The position numbers were made by a program, and so were the translations under genes. A DNA stretch of 9,688 nucleotides from a virus (lineage: Duplodnaviria; Heunggongvirae; Uroviricota; Caudoviricetes). Positions 1 through 5,833 of the stretch are shown here, piece by piece (within the stretch, counting starts at the first letter, position 1; the number at the start of each line of letters is the position of its first letter). Under the pieces are notes generated by a model that worked only from the letters and a program-made list of their open reading frames with translations, ran no database searches and was not told the origin of the DNA. The stretch spans positions 1 through 9,688 of IMG/VR virus record IMGVR_UViG_2541047758_000002; one strand, written 5' to 3'.

Positions 1-117
1 GAAGAAACCCGGAAAGACGGTAAGAAAATTGATTATCCGGCGCGTCCTCTGCTCGGCTTTACCGGTGAGGATGTGCAGATGATTGAAGAGATTATTCTGG
101 CGCACCTCGACCGTTAG
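1..117 (+). CDS. S: 3' end of tail completion protein (P2 gpS-like); partial, 5' end lies outside the window
   Basis: Frame 1 is open from position 1 to TAG at 115..117 (translation ...GFTGEDVQMIEEIILAHLDR*). It sits directly upstream of the V homolog, as S does in P2. Identity rests mainly on synteny. Confidence 0.55.
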   Translation, partial: EETRKDGKKIDYPARPLLGFTGEDVQMIEEIILAHLDR

Positions 118-136
118 TTGTGCCATTCCCGACACC
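118..136 (+). promoter_or_regulatory. Candidate late-promoter activator site (Ogr/Delta-type) upstream of V
   Basis: TTGTGCCATTCCCGACACC lies between the S stop and the V start, with TGT at 119..121 and ACA at 132..134 (ten intervening bases by my count). A related motif lies upstream of FI. P2 late promoters carry a TGT-N12-ACA dyad near -55. Confidence 0.3.
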
Positions 137-149
137 TCATCGTCACATT

Positions 150-171
150 GCCGCCGGTATGACCCGGCGGC
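150..171 (+). other. Perfect 8-bp stem / 6-nt loop hairpin in the S-V intergenic region
   Basis: GCCGCCGG-tatgac-CCGGCGGC; not followed by a T-run. Confidence 0.3.
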
Positions 172-183
172 ATCCTTCCCGTT

Positions 184-819
184 ATGAACACTCTCGCAAA
201 TATCCAGGAACTCGCGCGCGCACTGCGCAACATGATTCGCACCGGCCTTGTCGTCGAAACCGACCTTAACGCCGGTCGCTGCCGTGTGCAGACCGGCGGC
301 ATGTGCACCGACTGGCTTCAGTGGCTGACCCATCGCGCCGGGCGTTCGCGCACATGGTGGGCACCTTCCGTGGGGGAGCAGGTGCTGATTCTGGCCGTGG
401 GCGGTGAACTTGACACGGCGTTTGTTCTGCCGGGGATTTATTCCGGCGATAACCCCGCGCCGTCTGCGTCGGCGGATGCCCTGCATATCCGTTTCCCTGA
501 CGGGGCGGTGATTGAGTATGAACCTGAAACCAGTGCACTGACGGTAAGCGGAATTAAAACGGCCAGCGTGACGGCTTCTGATTCTGTTACTGCCACGGTG
601 CCGGTGGTCATGGTGAAAGCGTCAACCCGCATCACCCTGGACACACCGGAGGTGGTCTGCACCAACAGGCTGATTACCGGCACGCTGGAAGTACAGAAGG
701 GCGGGACGATGCGCGGCAATATTGAACACACCGGCGGTGAACTCTCATCAAACGGTAAGGTACTGCATACCCATAAACACCCCGGCGACAGCGGCGGCAC
801 AACCGGGAGTCCTCTATGA
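184..819 (+). CDS. V: Baseplate central spike / baseplate assembly protein V (P2 gpV-like)
   Basis: 211-aa ORF, the same length as P2 gpV; the translation (MNTLANIQELARALRNM...HTHKHPGDSGGTTGSPL) matches what I recall of gpV. Stop overlaps the next start (ATGA at 816..819). Confidence 0.9.
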   Translation: MNTLANIQELARALRNMIRTGLVVETDLNAGRCRVQTGGMCTDWLQWLTHRAGRSRTWWAPSVGEQVLILAVGGELDTAFVLPGIYSGDNPAPSASADALHIRFPDGAVIEYEPETSALTVSGIKTASVTASDSVTATVPVVMVKASTRITLDTPEVVCTNRLITGTLEVQKGGTMRGNIEHTGGELSSNGKVLHTHKHPGDSGGTTGSPL

Positions 820-1163
820 CAGCGCGTTATCTTGGAATGAATCGCAGTGATGGCCTGACTGTCACTGACCTTGAGCATATCAGCCAGAGTATCGGCGATA
901 TCCTGCGCACGCCGGTCGGCTCACGGGTGATGCGTCGTGATTACGGCTCATTGCTGGCGTCAATGATTGACCAGCCGCAGACCCCGGCGCTTGAGTTGCA
1001 GATTAAGGTCGCCTGTTACATGGCGGTGCTGAAATGGGAACCCCGCGTCACCCTGTCATCCGTCACCACTGAGCGCAGTTTTGACGGGCGAATGACGGTC
1101 ACGTTAACCGGCCAGCACAACGACACCGGCCAGCCACTTTCGTTAACCATCCCTGTGAGTTGA
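816..1163 (+). CDS. W: Baseplate wedge protein W (P2 gpW-like, T4 gp25 family)
   Basis: 115-aa ORF, the same length as P2 gpW, with its start overlapping the V stop in an ATGA motif; position in the V-W-J-I order. Confidence 0.88.
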   Translation: MTARYLGMNRSDGLTVTDLEHISQSIGDILRTPVGSRVMRRDYGSLLASMIDQPQTPALELQIKVACYMAVLKWEPRVTLSSVTTERSFDGRMTVTLTGQHNDTGQPLSLTIPVS

Positions 1164-1167
1164 AACC

Positions 1168-2076
1168 ATGCCGATTATCGACCTGAACCAGCTACCCGCA
1201 CCGGATGTGGTCGAGGAGCTGGACTTTGAAACCATTCTTGCCGAACGCAAGGCGACACTGATTTCCCTTTACCCGGAAGACCAGCAGGAGGCGGTTGCCC
1301 GTACCCTGACGCTGGAATCCGAGCCTCTCGTCAAACTGCTGGAGGAAAATGCTTATCGTGAGCTTATCTGGCGTCAGCGTGTGAATGAGGCCGCACGGGC
1401 GGTAATGCTGGCCTGTGCCGCCGGTAATGACCTTGATGTGATTGGTGCCAATTACAACACCACGCGCCTGACTATCACCCCGGCAGACGATTCGACCATC
1501 CCGCCGACACCGGCAGTGATGGAATCTGACACCGATTATCGGCTGCGTATTCAGCAGGCGTTTGAAGGTTTAAGCGTTGCCGGGTCGGTGGGTGCCTATC
1601 AGTATCATGGTCGCAGTGCCGACGGGCGCGTCGCAGATATCTCTGTCACCAGTCCGTCTCCGGCCTGCGTCACCATCTCCGTGCTGTCACGTGAAAATAA
1701 CGGTGTCGCATCCGAAGACCTGCTGGCCGTGGTGCGTAACGCCCTTAATGGCGAGGATGTCAGGCCGGTGGCCGACCGCGTGACCGTGCAGTCTGCCGCC
1801 ATTGTTGAATATCAGATAAACGCCACGCTTTACCTTTACCCAGGTCCCGAAAGCGAACCCATCCGCGCTGCTGCCGTGAAAAAACTGGAAGCGTACATCA
1901 CGGCACAGCACCGGCTTGGGCGCGACATCCGTCTGTCTGCCATTTATGCCGCTTTGCATGTGGAAGGCGTGCAGCGTGTCGAACTGACTGCACCTCTGGC
2001 TGACATCGTGCTCAACAGTACGCAGGCGTCTTTCTGTACTGAATACCGCGTCGTGACCGGAGGCTCGGATGAGTGA
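1168..2076 (+). CDS. J: Baseplate assembly protein J (P2 gpJ-like)
   Basis: 302-aa ORF, the same length as P2 gpJ; begins 5 nt after the W stop; synteny. Confidence 0.9.
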   Translation: MPIIDLNQLPAPDVVEELDFETILAERKATLISLYPEDQQEAVARTLTLESEPLVKLLEENAYRELIWRQRVNEAARAVMLACAAGNDLDVIGANYNTTRLTITPADDSTIPPTPAVMESDTDYRLRIQQAFEGLSVAGSVGAYQYHGRSADGRVADISVTSPSPACVTISVLSRENNGVASEDLLAVVRNALNGEDVRPVADRVTVQSAAIVEYQINATLYLYPGPESEPIRAAAVKKLEAYITAQHRLGRDIRLSAIYAALHVEGVQRVELTAPLADIVLNSTQASFCTEYRVVTGGSDE

Positions 2077-2680
2077 TTCGCGCCTGCTGCCGACCGGCTC
2101 ATCACCGCTTGAAGTTGCCGCCGCAAAAGCCTGTGCGGAAATTGAAAAAACGCCGGTCAGTATTCGTGAGCTGTGGAACCCGGACACCTGCCCGGCAAAT
2201 CTGCTGCCGTGGCTGGCGTGGTCATTTTCGGTCGACAGGTGGGATGATAAATGGCCGGAAGCGACCAAACGCGCTGTTATCCGCGATGCGTATTTCATTC
2301 ACTGCCATAAGGGCACTATTGGTGCGATTCGCCGTGTGGTGGAGCCGCTCGGCTATCTGATTGAGGTGAGGGAGTGGTGGCAGCTCAACGAGGAGCCGGG
2401 GACGTTCCGCATCGTTGTTGGCGTGCTTGAGCAGGGTATTACCGAGGAAATGTATCAGGAGCTGGAGCGTCTCGTTGCTGATGCAAAACCTGCAAGCCGC
2501 CATCTGACGGGACTGGCTATCAGTTTAAGTACAACCGGCAACATTTTTGCCGGTGCGGGATGCTATCACGGCGACGCCCTGACGGTTTATCCCTACACCC
2601 CGGAGGCCATTATTGTCGGAGGGGATTATTTCCCGGCCTCGGCCATTCATTTAATTGATAACCTGAGAGTAAACGCATGA
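2069..2680 (+). CDS. I: Baseplate/tail protein I (P2 gpI-like)
   Basis: 203-aa ORF whose ATG at 2069 overlaps the J stop (ATGAGTGA); synteny between J and the tail fibre gene. The start is uncertain because I recall P2 gpI as shorter, but no in-frame internal ATG lies near the expected position. Confidence 0.82.
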   Translation: MSDSRLLPTGSSPLEVAAAKACAEIEKTPVSIRELWNPDTCPANLLPWLAWSFSVDRWDDKWPEATKRAVIRDAYFIHCHKGTIGAIRRVVEPLGYLIEVREWWQLNEEPGTFRIVVGVLEQGITEEMYQELERLVADAKPASRHLTGLAISLSTTGNIFAGAGCYHGDALTVYPYTPEAIIVGGDYFPASAIHLIDNLRVNA

Positions 2681-3957
2681 CAGTGAAATACTACGCCATT
2701 CTGACTAATCAGGGCGCAGCACGGCTGGCTAACGCGACGATGCTCGGCAGTAAGCTGAATCTGACGCAAATGGCCGTTGGTGATGCGAATGGTGTCTTGC
2801 CGACACCAGACCCGGCACAGACAAAACTGATTAACCAGAAACGCATTGCACCGCTGAATCTTCTGAGTGTTGACCCGAATAACCAGAGCCAGATTATTGC
2901 GGAGCAAATCATCCCTGAGAACGAGGGCGGATTCTGGATCCGTGAGATTGGGCTTTATGATGATGAAGGCGTACTCATTGCGGTGGCGAACTGCCCGGAA
3001 ACGTACAAACCGCAGTTGCAGGAAGGCAGCGGTCGTACCCAGACTATCCGCATGATTCTGGTTGTCACGAATACCGAAGCTATCACGCTGAAAATCGACC
3101 CGTCGGTGGTACTGGCGACCCGTAAATACGTGGATGATGAAGTCCTGGAATTAAGGCTGTATGTGGATGACCAGATGAGAAACCATATTGCCGCACAGGA
3201 TCCTCATACCCAGTATGCACAGAAACATAATCCGACATTTACCGGAGAACCAAAAGCGCCGACGCCTGCTGCAGGAAATAACACCACGCGGATTGCGACC
3301 ACTGCGTTTGTTCAGGCGGTTATTACCGCTCTGATTAACGGTGCGCCTGCCACGCTGGATACACTGAAAGAAATTGCCGCAGCCATTAACAATGACCCGA
3401 AATTCAGCACCACCATTAACAATGCGCTGGCAGGTAAACAACCGCTGGACAATACGCTGACTAATTTGAGTGGAAAGGATGTAGCTGGTCTTCTCACATA
3501 CCTTGGAATAGGAGAAACGGGAAAATACGACATTCTGCCAGCATCAAGAGGAGGCACTGGAGCGTCAACTATAGCCGGAGCATTGATAAACTTTGGTCTG
3601 AGTGATTTAGTGACTGCCGGATTAGTACAGGTGGAATCTGGTACAGACTTTATTACTGCTAAGATTCCATTTCTGTCCGGTGGTAGAAAGCGATTCCTGA
3701 TGATACATGCCATCAAGGCGACAATGCCTGCAAATAATAACGGGTATAACCTTACTGTTACATTCCCAACTGCCTATGATAATGCACCGATACCAATTCT
3801 TGGCTCGACCGTAGGGTCGACTTCAACAACGGGTGGTACCACAGAGTCAATGAATATTTCATCAGTCACAAAATCGGGTTGCATCATTTCTTCAGCATGG
3901 CAAACATGGTCTGAGGGACCGGTATATCTTTTAACGATTGGAGGAGTTGCAGCATGA
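2677..3957 (+). CDS. H: Tail fibre protein (P2 gpH-like): constant N-terminal part to about 3503, variable C-terminal part 3505..3957 inside the invertible segment
   Basis: 426-aa ORF with start overlapping the I stop (ATGA). The N-terminus (MTVKYYAILTNQGAARLANA...) is the conserved fibre N-terminal domain shared by P2 H and Mu S-type fibres. The C-terminal third is AT-richer and begins at a hix/gix-like site. Confidence 0.9.
   Translation: MTVKYYAILTNQGAARLANATMLGSKLNLTQMAVGDANGVLPTPDPAQTKLINQKRIAPLNLLSVDPNNQSQIIAEQIIPENEGGFWIREIGLYDDEGVLIAVANCPETYKPQLQEGSGRTQTIRMILVVTNTEAITLKIDPSVVLATRKYVDDEVLELRLYVDDQMRNHIAAQDPHTQYAQKHNPTFTGEPKAPTPAAGNNTTRIATTAFVQAVITALINGAPATLDTLKEIAAAINNDPKFSTTINNALAGKQPLDNTLTNLSGKDVAGLLTYLGIGETGKYDILPASRGGTGASTIAGALINFGLSDLVTAGLVQVESGTDFITAKIPFLSGGRKRFLMIHAIKATMPANNNGYNLTVTFPTAYDNAPIPILGSTVGSTSTTGGTTESMNISSVTKSGCIISSAWQTWSEGPVYLLTIGGVAA
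3491..3516. repeat. Left crossover site of the invertible segment (hix/gix/cix-like 26-bp site), inside the H coding sequence
   Basis: TTCTCACATACC-TT-GGAATAGGAGAA. It matches the reverse complement of the right site (TTTTCTTAAACG-TT-GGTTTAGGAGAA) at 18 of 26 positions, 12 of 14 in the half that lies inside the segment. It has the 12-2-12 architecture of Hin-family recombination sites. Confidence 0.65.
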
Positions 3958-4340
3958 AATATTATTCACCTTCAATTAATGGATTTCCCGAACAAAAGAC
4001 TGATGACAGTATTGAGATCAGTGAAGAGGTCTGGAGAATACTTCTTAGTGAAATTTACTCAGGCCGGGAGTTATTTAACGATGGCGGCGTACCCGCTACC
4101 CGTGTGCCGCAACCTACGCAAGAACAAGTAATTGCAGCCGCAGAAAATGAGCGCCAACGATTGCTGAATTATGCTGATACCGTAATGCTCGACTGGCGTA
4201 CAGAATTGATGCTGGGTGAAATCAGCGACGCCAACAGGGCTAAATTGTCGGCGTGGCTGGCTTATAAAAATCAAGTTAAGTCGGTTGATGTGACAACTGA
4301 CCCTGAGCATGTTAACTGGCCTATTTCCCCGGAGGCGTAG
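3954..4340 (+). CDS. Tail fibre assembly chaperone (P2 gpG / Mu U / Tfa family) for the currently expressed fibre tip
   Basis: 128-aa ORF with start overlapping the H stop (ATGA). Sits immediately downstream of the fibre gene; the C-terminal region (...EHVNWPISPEA) resembles Tfa proteins. Confidence 0.8.
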   Translation: MKYYSPSINGFPEQKTDDSIEISEEVWRILLSEIYSGRELFNDGGVPATRVPQPTQEQVIAAAENERQRLLNYADTVMLDWRTELMLGEISDANRAKLSAWLAYKNQVKSVDVTTDPEHVNWPISPEA

Positions 4341-4752
4341 GCCATTCAATATCTGGCGCACCGGAAGTATCGACCAGTTCCAGTGCGTCCAGATAATCCA
4401 GCCACGAATTATATTGCGCCAGTTCCTCTCCTTTCAGACGACCAATCGCCGCTTTACCAGGCCATTGCTTACTGTTTATGTATTCGTTGACCTGATTAAT
4501 CAATTGCTGCTTTTCCAGTTCGGCTGCGGCAATTTGTTCCTCATGAGTTGGCGGTGGAATATCAATCCATGCTGGCATTCCGTCGATGACACCTCTGTAT
4601 TTTCCTTCTGGTGCTTCCTTCATAAATTCGGCGGCAACAGTGTCGTCAATTTCGATTCCATCATCGGGCCATTCGCCGGATTCCTGATAAGCGATTTTAA
4701 GCTCCACAGGGAAAAACGCATTTTTCTCGGCACTGAAAATATATTTCTGCAT
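4321..4752 (-). CDS. Alternative tail fibre assembly chaperone (Mu U'-like), partner of the silent fibre cassette
   Basis: 143-aa ORF on the - strand, starting 2 nt after the stop of the silent fibre cassette. The C-terminus (...DIEWPTPPGK) is Tfa-like. Its 3' end overlaps the + strand chaperone gene by 20 nt. Confidence 0.8.
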   Translation of the reverse strand: MQKYIFSAEKNAFFPVELKIAYQESGEWPDDGIEIDDTVAAEFMKEAPEGKYRGVIDGMPAWIDIPPPTHEEQIAAAELEKQQLINQVNEYINSKQWPGKAAIGRLKGEELAQYNSWLDYLDALELVDTSGAPDIEWPTPPGK

Positions 4753-4754
4753 TT

Positions 4755-5111
4755 CTACCGTCCTATCGAAATATAACTGAATCTGTATTGCTGTGAGATA
4801 TCACTGGTTGCCACACGCCACGCTGAATTACTGATATGTTCAAAATTTACAGACAAAACCTGCGGGGCAGGATTCGACGGGTCTGACTGAACGGCATCAG
4901 ACATAACACTGACTGAAACCATCGGCTGATTAGGGAATGGTATAGGGAAGTGTCCACTGATAAAGCGGGTCGTGTTTCCTGAAAAAGTGCCAAACTGAAC
5001 AATATATCCACCTGGTAGCCTGAACCATCCCGAACCAGAAGCGAATGCTCCCATATCAGGTATCTGATTATCTCCTGTGCCCACATCCCTTTTCGCCGCT
5101 TCTCCTAAACC
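4755..5111 (-). CDS. Silent alternative tail-fibre C-terminal cassette (Mu S'v-like); lacks its own start and would be expressed only after inversion fuses it to the constant part of H
   Basis: - strand reading frame open from the right crossover site to TAG at 4757..4755. Its first codons after the crossover core (GLGEAAK...) parallel the H codons after the left core (GIGETGK...). Frame arithmetic shows an in-frame fusion after inversion. Confidence 0.7.
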   Translation of the reverse strand, partial: GLGEAAKRDVGTGDNQIPDMGAFASGSGWFRLPGGYIVQFGTFSGNTTRFISGHFPIPFPNQPMVSVSVMSDAVQSDPSNPAPQVLSVNFEHISNSAWRVATSDISQQYRFSYISIGR

Positions 5112-5125
5112 AACGTTTAAGAAAA
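5100..5125. repeat. Right crossover site of the invertible segment (hix/gix/cix-like)
   Basis: TTCTCCTAAACC-AA-CGTTTAAGAAAA. Close to the Hin-family half-site consensus TTxTCxxAAACC with a 2-bp AA core, inverted relative to the left site (core TT on the + strand). Lies 55 bp upstream of the invertase start. Confidence 0.7.
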
Positions 5126-5180
5126 TGCAGAGGTAACAGCTAACTGGCATCATCCCCGGTTTTTATTCAGGGGGATAATC

Positions 5181-5774
5181 ATGCTTATTGGCTATGTACG
5201 CGTGTCAACAAATGACCAGAACACGGAATTGCAGCGTAACGCGCTGGAGTGTGCAGGATGTGAGCTGATTTTTGAGGATAAAATCAGCGGCACGAAGTCC
5301 GACAGGCCGGGACTGAAAAAACTGCTCAGAACATTATCAGCAGGTGACACTCTGGTGGTCTGGAAGCTGGACAGGCTGGGGCGTAGTATGCGGCATCTGG
5401 TCATTCTGGTTGAGGAACTGCGCGAACGCGGCGTTAATTTTCGCAGCCTGACGGATGCTATTGATACCAGCACGCCGATGGGGCGTTTTTTCTTTCATGT
5501 GATGGGTGCCCTGGCTGAAATGGAGCGAGAACTCATTGTCGAGCGGACACGCGCCGGACTGGAAGCGGCCAGAGCCAAAGGTCGTATTGGTGGCGGACGA
5601 CCGAAACTCACTGCGGGTGAGTGGGAGCAGGTCGGACGGTTGCTGGCTGCGGGGGAATCTCGTCAACGTGTGGCGCTGATTTTTGATATTGGTCTGTCCA
5701 CGCTCTATAAAAAATTCCCCTCATCAGCGACAAAGAATAAATTGTGTCATCCCTTAGCCAACCGGGACAAATAG
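5181..5774 (+). CDS. Site-specific serine DNA invertase (Hin/Gin/Cin/Pin family resolvase-invertase)
   Basis: 197-aa ORF; N-terminus MLIGYVRVSTNDQNTELQRNAL... carries the serine-recombinase catalytic motif (YVRVST) and the ...DRLGRS... region; C-terminal helix-turn-helix (...GLSTLYKKFP). Shine-Dalgarno GGGGGA lies 5 nt upstream. Adjacent to the invertible segment. Confidence 0.92.
   Translation: MLIGYVRVSTNDQNTELQRNALECAGCELIFEDKISGTKSDRPGLKKLLRTLSAGDTLVVWKLDRLGRSMRHLVILVEELRERGVNFRSLTDAIDTSTPMGRFFFHVMGALAEMERELIVERTRAGLEAARAKGRIGGGRPKLTAGEWEQVGRLLAAGESRQRVALIFDIGLSTLYKKFPSSATKNKLCHPLANRDK
5742..5763 (+). promoter_or_regulatory. Candidate late-promoter activator site upstream of FI, overlapping the 3' end of the invertase gene
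   Basis: TTGTGTCATCCCTTAGCCAACC about 90 nt upstream of the FI start; shares TTGTG-CAT-CC with the motif upstream of V. Confidence 0.3.
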
Positions 5775-5833
5775 CCTGACATCTCCGGCACAACTGAAAA
5801 TACCACTCACCCATTAACCACGGAGTTAAACGG

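Larger units (their letters stand above)
3504..5112. other. Invertible DNA segment (G/C/P-segment-like tail-fibre host-range switch), currently with the 3505..3957 fibre C-terminus joined to H
   Basis: Bounded by inverted 26-bp sites. Contains two divergent fibre C-terminal coding regions and two convergent tail-fibre assembly genes; flanked on the right by a serine invertase gene; AT-richer than the flanking tail genes by eye. Confidence 0.72.

Noticed and set aside
150-171. The hairpins at 150..171 and 7563..7583 as intrinsic terminators
   Set aside because: Neither is followed by a U-rich tract, so they are reported only as structures of uncertain function.
438-878. 146-aa - strand ORF (and smaller ones at 114..308 and 266..538) overlapping V
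   Set aside because: Antisense to the gpV homolog; no independent support.
1687-2298. 203-aa - strand ORF overlapping J and I
   Set aside because: Antisense to two syntenic, length-matched baseplate genes; typical long shadow ORF in GC-rich coding DNA.
2073-2360. 95-aa + strand ORF in an alternative frame within I
   Set aside because: Arg/Cys-rich junk translation fully inside a better-supported frame.
3312-3716. 134-aa - strand ORF inside the tail fibre gene
   Set aside because: Antisense to H and crosses the left crossover site; no start context.
4309-4776. 155-aa + strand ORF spanning the region of the - strand assembly chaperone gene
   Set aside because: It is antisense to the well-supported Tfa-like ORF 4321..4752, its translation is low-complexity with no recognisable features, and it has no ribosome-binding site. 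Shadow ORF.
5112-5153. ATG at 5153 (- strand) as an independent start for the silent fibre cassette
   Set aside because: The upstream frame runs through the crossover site and into the invertase leader, with no Shine-Dalgarno sequence. The cassette is better explained as a promoterless C-terminal module expressed only after inversion, so the CDS is called from 5111.
5337-5666. 109-aa - strand ORF inside the invertase gene (and 5192..5473 on -)
   Set aside because: Antisense to a strongly supported serine recombinase gene.
5775-5833. Possible defence or moron cargo between the fibre module and FI (the P2 Z/fun hotspot)
   Set aside because: Only 59 bp separate the invertase stop from the FI start, and no additional ORF fits. 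The accessory content at this hotspot is the inversion system itself.
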